Of a stretch of 64,000 nt of DNA, positions 1 to 14,300 are shown piece by piece. The stretch lies in the NCBI GenBank assembly GCA_964016885.1, contig OZ024752.1, positions 34,162,001 through 34,226,000 on the forward strand, given 5' to 3'. Source of the stretch: Eledone cirrhosa. Lineage: Eukaryota. A model generated the notes under the pieces. That model was not told where the DNA came from and did no database searches. It saw nothing but the letters and a program-made list of their open reading frames with translations. Each line of letters begins with the position of its first letter. Positions within the stretch are counted from its first letter, which is position 1. The translations under genes were made by a program, and so were the position numbers.

Positions 1-3000
1 GTTTAACCCTTTCATTACTGTATGTCTAATGAAAGACACAGTCTATGTGTTTAATCCTTTCATTACTGTATGTCTAATGAAAGACACTGTCTATGTGTTT
101 AATCCTTTCATTGCTGTATGTCTAATGAAAGACACTGTCTATGTGTTTAATCCTTTCATTACTGTATGTCTATTGAAAGACACTGTCTATGTTGAATCCT
201 TTCATTACTGTATGTCTAATGAAAGACACTGTTTATGTGTTTAATCCTTTCATTACTGTATGTCTAATAAAAGGGACTGTCTATGTGTTTAACCCTTTCA
301 TTACTGTATGTCTAATGAAAGACACTGTCTATGTATTTAATCCTTTCATTACTGTATGAATAATGAAAGACACTGTCTATGTGTTTAACCCTTTCATTAC
401 TGTATGTCTAATGAAAGACACTGTCTATGTCTTTAACCCTTTCATTACTGTATGTCTAATGAAAGACACTGTCTGTGTTTAACCCTTTCATTACTGTATG
501 TCTAATGAAAGACACTGTCTATGTGTTTAATCCTTTCATTACTGTATGTCTAATGAAAGACACTGTCTATGTCTTTAACCCTTTCATTACTGTATGTCTA
601 ATGAAAGACACTGTCTATGTCTTTAACCCTTTCATTACTGTATGTCTAATGAAAGACACTGTCTATGTGTTTTACCATTTCATTACTGTATGTCTAATAA
701 AAGACACTGTCTATGTCTTTAACCCTTTATTTACTGTATTTGTAATGAAAGACACTGTCTATGTGTTTAATCCTTTCATTACTGTATGTCTAATGAAAGA
801 CACTGTCTATGTCTTTAACCCTTTCATTACTGTATGTCTATTGAAAAACACTGTCTGTGTTTAACCCTTTCATTACTGTATGTCTAATGAAAGACATTGT
901 CTGTGTGTTTAACCCTTTCATTACTGTATGTCTAATGAAAGACACTGTCTATGTGTTTAATCCTTTCATTACTGTATGTCTAATGATAGACATTGTTTAT
1001 GTGTTTAATCCTTTCATTACTGTATGTCTAATGAAAGACACTGTTTATGTGTTTAATCCTTTCATTACTGTATGTCTAATAAAAGGGACTGTCTATGTGT
1101 TTAACCCTTTCATTACTGTATGTCTAATGAAAGACACTGTCTATGTGTTTAACCCTTTCATTACTGTATGTCTAATGAAAGACACTGTCTATGTACTTAA
1201 TCCTTTCATTACTGTATGTCTAATGAAAGACACTGTCTATGTCTTTAACCCTTTCATTACTGTATGTGTAATGAAAGACACTGTCTGTGTTTAACTCTTT
1301 CATTACTGTATGTCTAATGAAAGACACAGTCTATGTGTTTAATCCTTTCATTACTGTATGTCTAATGAAAGACACTGTCTATGTGTTTAATCCTTTCATT
1401 ACTGTATGTCTAATGAAAGACACAGTTTGTGTTTAACCTTTTCATTACTGTATGTCTAATGAAAGACACTGTCTGTGTGTTTAACCCTTTCATTACTGTA
1501 TGTCTAATGAAAGACACAGTCTATGTGTTTAATCCTTTCATTACTGTATGTCTATTGAAAGACACTGTCTATGTTGAATCCATTCATTACTGTATGTCTA
1601 ATGAAAGACACTGTTTATGTGTTTAATCCTTTCATTACTGTATGTCTAATAAAAGGGACTGTCTATGTCTTTAACCCTTTCATTACTGTATGTCTAATGA
1701 AAGACACTGTCTGTGTTTAACCCTTCCATTACTGTATGTCTAATGAAAGACATTGTCTGTGTGTTTAACCCTTTCATTACTGTATGTCTAATGAAAGACA
1801 CTGTCTGTGTGTTTAACCCTTTCATTACTGTATGTCTAATGAAAGACACAGTCTATGTGTTTAATCCTTTCATTACTGTATGTCTAATGAAAGACACAGT
1901 CTATGTGTTTAACCCTTTTATTACTGTATGTCTAATGAAAGACACAGTCTATGTGTTTAACCCTTTCATTACTGTATGTCTAATGAAAGACACTGTCTAT
2001 GTGTTTAACCCTTTCATTACTGTATGTCTAATGAAAGACACTGTCTATCTGTTTAACCCTTTCATTACTGTATGTCTAATGAAAGACACAGTCTATCTGT
2101 TTAACCCTTTCATTACTGTATGTCTAATGAAAGACACAGCCTATGTGTTTAATCCTTTCATTACTGTATGTCTAATGAAAGACACAGTCTATGTGTTTAA
2201 TCCTTTCATTACTGTATGTCTAATGAAAGACACTGTCTATGTGTTTAACCCTTTCATTACTGTATGTCTAATGAAAGACACAGTCTATGTGTTTAACCCT
2301 TTCATTACTGTATGTCTAATGAAAGACACAGTCTATGTGTTTAACCCTTTCATTACTGTATGTCTAATGAAAGACACAGTCTATGTGTTTAATCCTTTCA
2401 TTACTGTATGTCTATTGAAAGACACTGTCTATGTTGAATCCTTTCATTACTGTATGTCTAATGAAAGACACTGTTTATGTGTTTAATCCTTTCATTACTG
2501 TATGTCTAATAAAAGGGACTGTCTATGTGTTTAACACTTTCATTACTGTATGTCTAATGAAAGACACTGTCTATGTGTTTAACCCTTTCATTACTGTATG
2601 TCTAATGAAAGACACTGTCTATGTATTTAATCCTTTCATTACTGTATGTCAAATGAAAGACACTGTCTATGTCTTTAACCCTTTCATTACTGTATGTCTA
2701 ATGAAAGACACTGTCTGTGTTTAACCCTTTCATTACTGTATGTCTAATGAAAGACACAGTCTATGTGTTTAATCCTTTCATTACTGTATGTCTAATGAAA
2801 GACACTGTCTATGTGTTTAATCCTTTCATTGCTGTATGTCTAATGAAAGACACTGTCTATGTGTTTAACCCTTTCATTACTGTATGTCTATTGAAAGACA
2901 CTGTCTATGTTGAATCCTTTCATTACTGTATGACTAATGAAAGACACTGTTTATGTGTTTAATCCTTTCATTACTGTATGTCTAATAAAAGGGACTGTCT

Positions 3001-5325
3001 ATGTGTTTAACCCTTTCATTACTGTATGTCTAATGAAAGACACTGTCTATGTATTTAATCCTTTCATTACTGTATGAATAATGAAAGACACTGTCTATGT
3101 GTTTAACCCTTTCATTACTGTATGTCTAATGAAAGACACTGTCTATGTCTTTAACCCTTTCATTACTGTATGTCTAATGAAAGACACTGTCTATGTCTTT
3201 AACCCTTTATTTACTGTATTTGTAATGAAAGACACTGTCTATGTGTTTAATCCTTTCATTACTGTATGTCTAATGAAAGACACTGTCTATGGGTTTAACC
3301 CTTTCATTACTGTATGTCTAATGAAAGAAACTGTCTATGTCTTTAACCCTTTCATTACTGTATGTCTAATGAAAGACACTGTCTATGTCTTTAACCCTTT
3401 CATTACTGTATGTCTAATGAAAGACACTGTCTATGTATTTAATCCTTTCATTACTGTATGTCTAATGAAAGACACTGTCTATGTCTTTAACCCTTTCATT
3501 ACTGTATGTCTATTGAAAAACACTGTCTGTGTTTAACCTTTTCATTACTGTATGTCTAATGAAAGACATTGTCTGTGTGTTTAACCCTTTCATTACTGTA
3601 TATCTAATGAAAGACACTGTCTATGTGTTTAATCCTTTCATTACTGTATGTCTAATGATAGACACTGTTTATGTGTTTAATCCTTTCATTACTGTATGTC
3701 TAATGAAAGACACTGTTTATGTGTTTAATCCTTTCATTACTGTATGTCTAATAAAAGGGACTGTCTATGTGTTTAACCCTTTCATTACTGTATGTCTAAT
3801 GAAAGACACTGTCTATGTGTTTAACCCTTTCATTACTGTATGTCTAATGAAAGACACTGTCTATGTATTTAATCCTTTCATGACTGTATGTCTAATGAAA
3901 GACACTGTCTGTGTTTAACTCTTTCATTACTGTATGTCTAATGAAAGACACAGTCTATGTGTTTAATCCTTTCATTACTGTATGTCTAATGAAAGACACT
4001 GTCTATGTGTTTAATCCTTTCATTACTGTATGTCTAATGAAAGACACAGTTTGTGTTTAACCCTTTCATTACTGTATGTCTAATGAAAGACACTGTCTGT
4101 GTGTTTAACCCTTTCATTACTGTATGTCTAATGAAAGACACAGTCTATGTGTTTAATCCTTTCATTACTGTATGTCTAATAAAAGACACAGTCTATGTGT
4201 TTAACCCTTTCATTACTGTATGTCTAATGAAAGACACTGTTTATGTGTTTAATCCTTTCATTACTGTATGTCTAATGAAAGACACTGTCTGTGTGTTTAA
4301 CCCTTTCATTACTGTATGTCTAATGAAAGACACTGTCTGTGTGTTTAACCCTTTCATTACTGTATGTCTAATGAAAGACACAGTCTATGTGTTTAATCCT
4401 TTCATTACTGTATGTCTAATAAAAGACACAGTCTATGTGTTTAACCCTTTCATTACTGTATGTCTAATGAAAGACACTGTTTATGTGTTTAATCCTTTCA
4501 TTACTGTATGTCTAATGAAAGACACTGTCTATGTCTTTAACCCTTTCATTACTGTATGTCTAATGAAAGACACTGTCTGTGTTTAACCCTTCCATTACTG
4601 TATGTCTAATGAAAGACATTGTCTGTCTGTTTAACCCTTTCATTACTGTATGTCTAATGAAAGACACTGTCTGTGTGTTTAACCCTTTCATTACTGTATG
4701 TCTAATGAAAGACACTGTCTATGTGTTTAACCCTTTCATTACTGTATGTCTAATGAAAGACACAGTCTATGTGTTTAACCCTTTCATTACTGTATGTCTA
4801 ATGAAAGACACAGTCTATGTGTTTAATCCTTTCATTACTGTATGTCTAATGAAAGCCCTTTCATTACTGTATTTCTAATGAAAGACACTGTCTATGTGTT
4901 TAATCCTTTCATTACTGTATGTCTAATGAAAGACACTGTCTATGTGTTTAATCCTTTCATTGCTGCATGTCTAACGAAAGACACTGTCTATGTGTTTAAC
5001 CCTTTCATTACTGTATGTCTATTGAAAGACACTGTCTACGTTGAATGCTTTCATTACTGTATGTCTAATGAAAGACACTGTTTATGTGTTTAATCCTTTC
5101 ATTACTGTATGTCTAATAAAAGGGACTGTCTATGTGTTTAACCCTTTCATTACTGTATGTCTAATGAAAGACAATGTCTATGTGTTTAACCCTTTCATTA
5201 CTGTATGTCTAATGAAAGACACTGTCTATGTATTTAATCCTTTCATTACTGTATGTCAAATGAAAGACACTGTCTATGTCTTTAACCCTTTCATTACTGT
5301 ATGTCTAATGAAAGACACTGTCTGT

Positions 5326-8300
5326 GTTTAACCCTTTCATTACTGTATGTCTAATGAAAGACACAGTCTATGTGTTTAATCCTTTCATTACTGTATGTCT
5401 AATGAAAGACACTGTCTATGTGTTTAATCCTTTCATTGCTGTATGTCTAATGAAAGACACTGTCTATGTGTTTAACCCTTTCATTACTGTATGTCTATTG
5501 AAAGACACTGTCTATGTTGAATCCTTTCATTACTGTATGTCTAATGAAAGACACTGTTTATGTGTTTAATCCTTTCATTATTGTATGTCTAATAAAAGGG
5601 ACTGTCTATGTGTTTAACCCTTTCATTACTGTATGTCTAATGAAAGACACTGTCTATGTATTTAATCCTTTCATTACTGTATGAATAATGAAAGACACTG
5701 TCTATGTGTTTAACCCTTTCATTACTGTATGTCTAATGAAAGACACTGTCTGTGTTTAACCCTTTCATTACTGTATGTCTAATGAAAGACACTGTCTATG
5801 TGTTTAATCCTTTCATTACTCTATGTCTAATGAAAGACACTGTCTATGTCTTTAACCCTTTCATTACTGTATGTCTAATGAAAGACACTGTCTATGTGTT
5901 TAACCCTTTCATTACTGTATTTCTAATGAAAGACACTGTCTATGTGTTTAATCCTTTCATTACTGTATGTCTAATGAAAGACACTGTCTATGTGTTTAAC
6001 CCTTTCATTACTGTATATCTAATGAAAGACACTGTCTATGTGTTTAACCCTTTCATTACTGTATGTCTAATGAAAGACACTGTCTATGTGTTTAACACTT
6101 TCATTACTGTATGTCTAATGAAAGACACTGTCTATGTGTTTTACCATTTCATTACTGTATGTCTAATGAAAGACACTGTCTATGTGTTTAACCCTTTCAT
6201 TACTGTATGTCTAATGAAAGAAACTGTCTATGTCTTTAACTCTTTCATTACTGTATGTCTAATGAAAGACACTGTCTATGTCTTTAACTCTTTCATTACT
6301 GTATGTCTAATGAAAGACACTGTCTATGTCTTTAACCCTTTATTTACTGTATTTGTAATGAAAGACACTGTCTATGTGTTTAATCCTTTCATTACTGTAT
6401 GTCTAATGAAAGACACTGTCTATGTGTTTAACCCTTTCATTACTGTATGTCTAATGAAAGACACTGTCTATGTCTTTAACCCTTTCATTACTGTATGTCT
6501 ATTGAGAAACACTGTCTGTGTTTAACCCTTTCATTACTGTATGTCTAATGAAAGACATTGTCTGTGTGTTTAACCCTTTCATTACTGTATGTCTAATGAA
6601 AGACACTGTCTATGTGTTTAATCCTTTCATTACTGTATGTCTAATGATAGACACTGTTTATGTGTTTAATCCTTTCATTACTGTATGTCTAATGAAAGAC
6701 ACTGTTTATGTGTTTAATCCTTTCATTACTGTATGTCTAATAAAAGGGACTGTCTATGTGTTTAACCCTTTCATTACTGTATGTCTAATGAAAGACACTG
6801 TCTATGTGTTTAACCCTTCCATTACTGTATGTCTAATGAAAGACATTGTCTATGTATTTAATCCTTTCATTACTGTATGTCTAATGAAAGACACTGTCTA
6901 TGTCTTTAAGCCTTTCATTACTTTATGTCTAATGAAAGACACTGTCTGTGTTTAACCCTTCCAATACTGTATGTCTAATGAAAGACATTGTCTGTGTGTT
7001 TAACCCTTTCATTACTGTATGTCTAATGAAAGACACTGTCTGTGTGTTTAACCCTTTCATTACTGTATGTCTAATGAAAGACACAGTCTATGTGTTTAAT
7101 CCTTTCATTACTGTATGTCTAATGAAAGACATAGTCTATGTGTTTAACCCTTTTATTACTGTATGTCTAATGAAAGACACAGTCTATGTGTTTAACCCTT
7201 TCATTACTGTATGTCTAATGAAAGACACAGTCTATGTGTTTAACCCTTTCATTACTGTATGTCTAATGAAAGACACTGTCTATGTGTTTAACCCTTTCAT
7301 TACTGTATGTCTAATGAAAGACACAGTCTATGTGTTTAATCCTTTCATTACTGTATGTCTAATGAAAGACACAGTCTATGTGTTTAATCCTTTCATTACT
7401 GTATGTCTAATGAAAGACACTGTCTATGTGTTTAACCCTTTCATTACTGTATGTCTAATGAAAGACACAGTCTATGTATTTAATCCTTTCATTACTGTAT
7501 GTCAAATGAAAGACACTGTCTATGTCTTTAACCCTTTCATTACTGTATGTCTAATGAAAGACACAGTCTATGTGTTTAATCCTTTCATTACTGTATGTCT
7601 AATGAAAGACACTGTCTATGTGTTTAATCCTTTCATTGCTGTATGTCTAATGAAAGACACTGTCTATGTGTTTAACCCTTTCATTACTGTATGTCTATTG
7701 AAAGACACTGTCTATGTTGAATCCTTTCATTACTGTATGTCTAATGAAAGACACTGTTTATGTGTTTAATCCTTTCATTATTGTATGTCTAATAAAAGGG
7801 ACTGTCTATGTGTTTAACCCTTTCATTACTGTATGTCTAATGAAAGACACTGTCTATGTATTTAATCCTTTCATTACTGTATGAATAATGAAAGACACTG
7901 TCTGTGTGTTTAACCCTTTCATTACTGTATGTCTAATGAAAGACACAGTCTATGTGTTTAATCCTTTCATTACTGTATGTCTAATGAAAGACACAGTCTA
8001 TGTGTTTAACCCTTTTATTACTGTATGTCTAATGAAAGACACAGTCTATGTTTTTAACCCTTTCATTACTGTATGTCTAATGAAAGACACAGTCTATGTG
8101 TTTAATCCTTTCATTACTGTATGTCTAATGAAAGACACTGTCTATGTGGTTAGCCCTTTCATTACTGTATGTCTAATGAAAGACACAGTCTATGTGTTTA
8201 ATCCTTTCATTACTGTATGTCTAATGAAAGACACAGTCTATGTGTTTAATCCTTTCATTACTGTATGTCTAATGAAAGACACTGTTTATGTGTTTAATCC

Positions 8301-11300
8301 TTTCATTACTGTATGTCTAATAAAAGGGACTGTCTATGTGTTTAACCCTTTCATTACTGTATGTCTAATGAAAGACACTGTCTATGTGTTTAACCCTTTC
8401 ATTACTGTATGTCTAATGAAAGACATTGTCTATGTATTTAATCCTTTCATTACTGTATGTCTAATGAAAGACACTGTCTATGTCTTTAACCCTTTCATTA
8501 CTTTATGTCTAATGAAAGACACTGTCTGTGTTTAACCCTTCCATTACTGTATGTCTAATGAAAGACATTGTCTGTGTGTTTAACCCTTTCATTACTGTAT
8601 GTCTAATGAAAGACACTGTCTGTGTGTTTAACCCTTTCATTACTGTATGTCTAATGAAAGACACAGTCTATGTGTTTAATCCTTTCATTACTGTATGTCT
8701 AATGAAAGACATAGTCTATGTGTTTAACCCTTTTATTACTGTATGTCTAATGAAAGACACAGTCTATGTGTTTAACCCTTTCATTACTGTATGTCTAATG
8801 AAAGACACAGTCTATGTGTTTAACCCTTTCATTACTGTATGTCTAATGAAAGACACTGTCTATGTGTTTAACCCTTTCATTACTGTATGTCTAATGAAAG
8901 ACACAGTCTATGTGTTTAATCCTTTCATTACTGTATGTCTAATGAAAGACACAGTCTATGTGTTTAATCCTTTCATTACTGTATGTCTAATGAAAGACAC
9001 TGTCTATGTGTTTAACCCTTTCATTACTGTATGTCTAATGAAAGACACAGTCTATGTATTTAATCCTTTCATTACTGTATGTCAAATGAAAGACACTGTC
9101 TATGTCTTTAACCCTTTCATTACTGTATGTCTAATGAAAGACACTGTCTGTGTTTAACCCTTTCATTACTGTATGTCTAATGAAAGACACAGTCTATGTG
9201 TTTAATCCTTTCATTACTGTATGTCTAATGAAAGACACTGTCTATGTGTTTAATCCTTTCATTGCTGTATGTCTAATGAAAGACACTGTCTATGTGTTTA
9301 ACCCTTTCATTACTGTATGTCTATTGAAAGACACTGTCTATGTTGAATCCTTTCATTACTGTATGATTATGAAAGACACTGTTTATGTGTTTAATCCTTT
9401 CATTATTGTATGTCTAATAAAAGGGACTGTCTATGTGTTTAACCCTTTCATTACTGTATGTCTAATGAAAGACACTGTCTATGTATTTAATCCTTTCATT
9501 ACTGTATGAATAATGAAAGACACTGTCTGTGTGTTTAACCCTTTCATTACTGTATATCTAATGAAAGACACAGTCTATGTGTTTAATCCTTTCATTACTG
9601 TATGTCTAATGAAAGACACAGTCTATGTGTTTAACCCTTTTATTACTGTATGTCTAATGAAAGACACAGTCTATGTTTTTAACCCTTTCATTACTGTATG
9701 TCTAATGAAAGACACAGTCTATGTGTTTAATCCTTTCATTACTGTATGTCTAATGAAAGACACTGTCTATGTGGTTAGCCCTTTCATTACTGTATGTCTA
9801 ATGAAAGACACAGTCTATGTGTTTAATCCTTTCATTACTGTATGTCTAATGAAAGACACAGTCTATGTGTTTAATCCTTTCATTACTGTATGTCTAATGA
9901 AAGACACTGTCTGTGTGTTTAACCCTTTCATTACTGTATGTCTAATGAAAGACTCAGTCTATGTGTTTAATCCTTTCATTACTGTATGTCTAATGAAAGA
10001 CACAGTCTATGTGTTTAACCCTTTTATTACTGTATGTCTAATGAAAGACACAGTCTATGTTTTTAACCCTTTCATTACTGTATGTCAAATGAAAGACACA
10101 GTCTATGTGTTTAATCCTTTCATTACTGTATGTCTAATGAAAGACACTGTCTATGTGGTTAACCCTTTCATTACTGTATGTCTAATGAAAGACACAGTCT
10201 ATGTGTTTAACCCTTTCATTACTGTATGTCTATTGAAAGACACTGTCTATGTTGAATGCTTTCATTACTGTATGTCTAATGAAAGACACTGTTTATGTGT
10301 TTAATCCTTTCATTACTGTATGTCTAATAAAAGGGACTGTCTATGTGTTTAACCCTTTCATTACTGTATGTCTAATGAAAGACACTGTCTATGTGTTTAA
10401 CCCTTTCATTACTGTATGTCTAATGAAAGACACTGTCTATGTATTTAATCCTTTCATTACTGTATGTCAAATGAAAGACACTGTCTATGTCTTTAACCCT
10501 TTCGTTACTGTATGTCTAATGAAAGACACTGTCTGTGTGTTTAATCCTTTCATTGCTGTATGTCTAATGAAAGACACTGTCTATGTGTTTAACCCTTTCA
10601 TTACTGTATGTCTATTGAAAGACACTGTCTATGTTGAATCCTTTCATTACTGTATGTCTAATGAAAGACACAGTCTATGTATTTAATCCTTTCATTACTG
10701 TATGTCAAATGAAAGACACTGTCTATGTCTTTAACCCTTTCATTACTGTATTTCTAATGAAAGACACTGTCTGTGTTTAACCCTTTCATTACTGTATGTC
10801 TAATGAAAGACACAGTCTATGTGTTTAATCCTTTCATTACTGTATGTCTAATGAAAGACACTGTCTATGTGTTTAATCCTTTCATTGCTGTATGTCTAAT
10901 GAAAGACACTGTCTATGTGTTTAACCCTTTCATTACTGTATGTCTATTGAAAGACACTGTCTATGTTGAATCCTTTCATTACTGTATGTCTAATGAAAGA
11001 CACTGTTTATGTGTTTAATCCTTTCATTATTGTATGTCTAATAAAAGGGACTGTCTATGTGTTTAACCCTTTCATTACTGTATGTCTAATGAAAGACACT
11101 GTCTATGTATTTAATCCTTTCATTACTGTATGAATAATGAAAGACACTGTCTGTGTGTTTAACCCTTTCATTACTGTATGTCTAATGAAAGACACAGTCT
11201 ATGTGTTTAATCCTTTCATTACTGTATGTCTAATGAAAGACACAGTCTATGTGTTTAACCCTTTTATTACTGTATGTCTAATGAAAGACACAGTCTATGT

Positions 11301-14300
11301 TTTTAACCCTTTCATTACTGTATGTCTAATGAAAGACACAGTCTATGTGTTTAATCCTTTCATTACTGTATGTCTAATGAAAGACACTGTCTATGTGGTT
11401 AGCCCTTTCATTACTGTATGTCTAATGAAAGACACAGTCTATGTGTTTAATCCTTTCATTACTGTATGTCTAATGAAAGACACAGTCTATGTGTTTAATC
11501 CTTTCATTACTGTATGCCTAATGAAAGACACTGTCTGTGTGTTTAACCCTTTCATTACTGTATGTCTAATGAAAGACACAGTCTATGTGTTTAATCCTTT
11601 CATTACTGTATGTCTAATGAAAGACACTGTCTATGTGTTTAATCCTTTCATTGCTGTATGTCTAATGAAAGACACTGTCTATGTGTTTAACCCTTTCATT
11701 ACTGTATGTCTATTGAAAGACACTGTCTATGTTGAATCCTTTCATTACTGTATGTCTAATGAAAGACACTGTTTATGTGTTTAATCCTTTCATTATTGTA
11801 TGTCTAATAAAAGGGACTGTCTATGTGTTTAACCCTTTCATTACTGTATGTCTAATGAAAGACACTGTCTATGTATTTAATCCTTTCATTACTGTATGAA
11901 TAATGAAAGACACTGTCTATGTGTTTAACCCTTTCATTACTGTATGTCTAATGAAAGACACTGTCTGTGTTTAACCCTTTCATTACTGTATGTCTAATGA
12001 AAGACACTGTCTATGTGTTTAATCCTTTCATTACTCTATGTCTAATGAAAGACACTGTCTATGTCTTTAACCCTTTCATTACTGTATGTCTAATGAAAGA
12101 CACTGTCTATGTGTTTAACCCTTTCATTACTGTATTTCTAATGAAAGACACTGTCTATGTGTTTAATCCTTTCATTACTGTATGTCTAATGAAAGACACT
12201 GTCTATGTGTTTAACCCTTTCATTACTGTATATCTAATGAAAGACACTGTCTATGTGTTTAACCCTTTCATTACTGTATGTCTAATGAAAGACACTGTCT
12301 ATGTGTTTAACACTTTCATTACTGTATGTCTAATGAAAGACACTGTCTATGTGTTTTACCATTTCATTACTGTATGTCTAATGAAAGACACTGTCTATGT
12401 GTTTAACCCTTTCATTACTGTATGTCTAATGAAAGAAACTGTCTATGTCTTTAACTCTTTCATTACTGTATGTCTAATGAAAGACACTGTCTATGTCTTT
12501 AACTCTTTCATTACTGTATGTCTAATGAAAGACACTGTCTATGTCTTTAACCCTTTATTTACTGTATTTGTAATGAAAGACACTGTCTATGTGTTTAATC
12601 CTTTCATTACTGTATGTCTAATGAAAGACACTGTCTATGTGTTTAACCCTTTCATTACTGTATGTCTAATGAAAGACACTGTCTATGTCTTTAACCCTTT
12701 CATTACTGTATGTCTATTGAGAAACACTGTCTGTGTTTAACCCTTTCATTACTGTATGTCTAATGAAAGACATTGTCTGTGTGTTTAACCCTTTCATTAC
12801 TGTATGTCTAATGAAAGACACTGTCTATGTGTTTAATCCTTTCATTACTGTATGTCTAATGATAGACACTGTTTATGTGTTTAATCCTTTCATTACTGTA
12901 TGTCTAATGAAAGACACTGTTTATGTGTTTAATCCTTTCATTACTGTATGTCTAATAAAAGGGACTGTCTATGTGTTTAACCCTTTCATTACTGTATGTC
13001 TAATGAAAGACACTGTCTATGTGTTTAACCCTTTCATTACTGTATGTCTAATGAAAGACATTGTCTATGTATTTAATCCTTTCATTACTGTATGTCTAAT
13101 GAAAGACACTGTCTATGTCTTTAAGCCTTTCATTACTTTATGTCTAATGAAAGACACTGTCTGTGTTTAACCCTTCCAATACTGTATGTCTAATGAAAGA
13201 CATTGTCTGTGTGTTTAACCCTTTCATTACTGTATGTCTAATGAAAGACACTGTCTGTGTGTTTAACCCTTTCATTACTGTATGTCTAATGAAAGACACA
13301 GTCTATGTGTTTAATCCTTTCATTACTGTATGTCTAATGAAAGACATAGTCTATGTGTTTAACCCTTTTATTACTGTATGTCTAATGAAAGACACAGTCT
13401 ATGTGTTTAACCCTTTCATTACTGTATGTCTAATGAAAGACACAGTCTATGTGTTTAACCCTTTCATTACTGTATGTCTAATGAAAGACACTGTCTATGT
13501 GTTTAACCCTTTCATTACTGTATGTCTAATGAAAGACACAGTCTATGTGTTTAATCCTTTCATTACTGTATGTCTAATGAAAGACACAGTCTATGTGTTT
13601 AATCCTTTCATTACTGTATGTCTAATGAAAGACACTGTCTATGTGTTTAACCCTTTCATTACTGTATGTCTAATGAAAGACACAGTCTATGTATTTAATC
13701 CTTTCATTACTGTATGTCAAATGAAAGACACTGTCTATGTCTTTAACCCTTTCATTACTGTATGTCTAATGAAAGACACAGTCTATGTGTTTAATCCTTT
13801 CATTACTGTATGTCTAATGAAAGACACTGTCTATGTGTTTAATCCTTTCATTGCTGTATGTCTAATGAAAGACACTGTCTATGTGTTTAACCCTTTCATT
13901 ACTGTATGTCTATTGAAAGACACTGTCTATGTTGAATCCTTTCATTACTGTATGTCTAATGAAAGACACTGTTTATGTGTTTAATCCTTTCATTATTGTA
14001 TGTCTAATAAAAGGGACTGTCTATGTGTTTAACCCTTTCATTACTGTATGTCTAATGAAAGACACTGTCTATGTATTTAATCCTTTCATTACTGTATGAA
14101 TAATGAAAGACACTGTCTGTGTGTTTAACCCTTTCATTACTGTATGTCTAATGAAAGACACAGTCTATGTGTTTAATCCTTTCATTACTGTATGTCTAAT
14201 GAAAGACACAGTCTATGTGTTTAACCCTTTTATTACTGTATGTCTAATGAAAGACACAGTCTATGTTTTTAACCCTTTCATTACTGTATGTCTAATGAAA

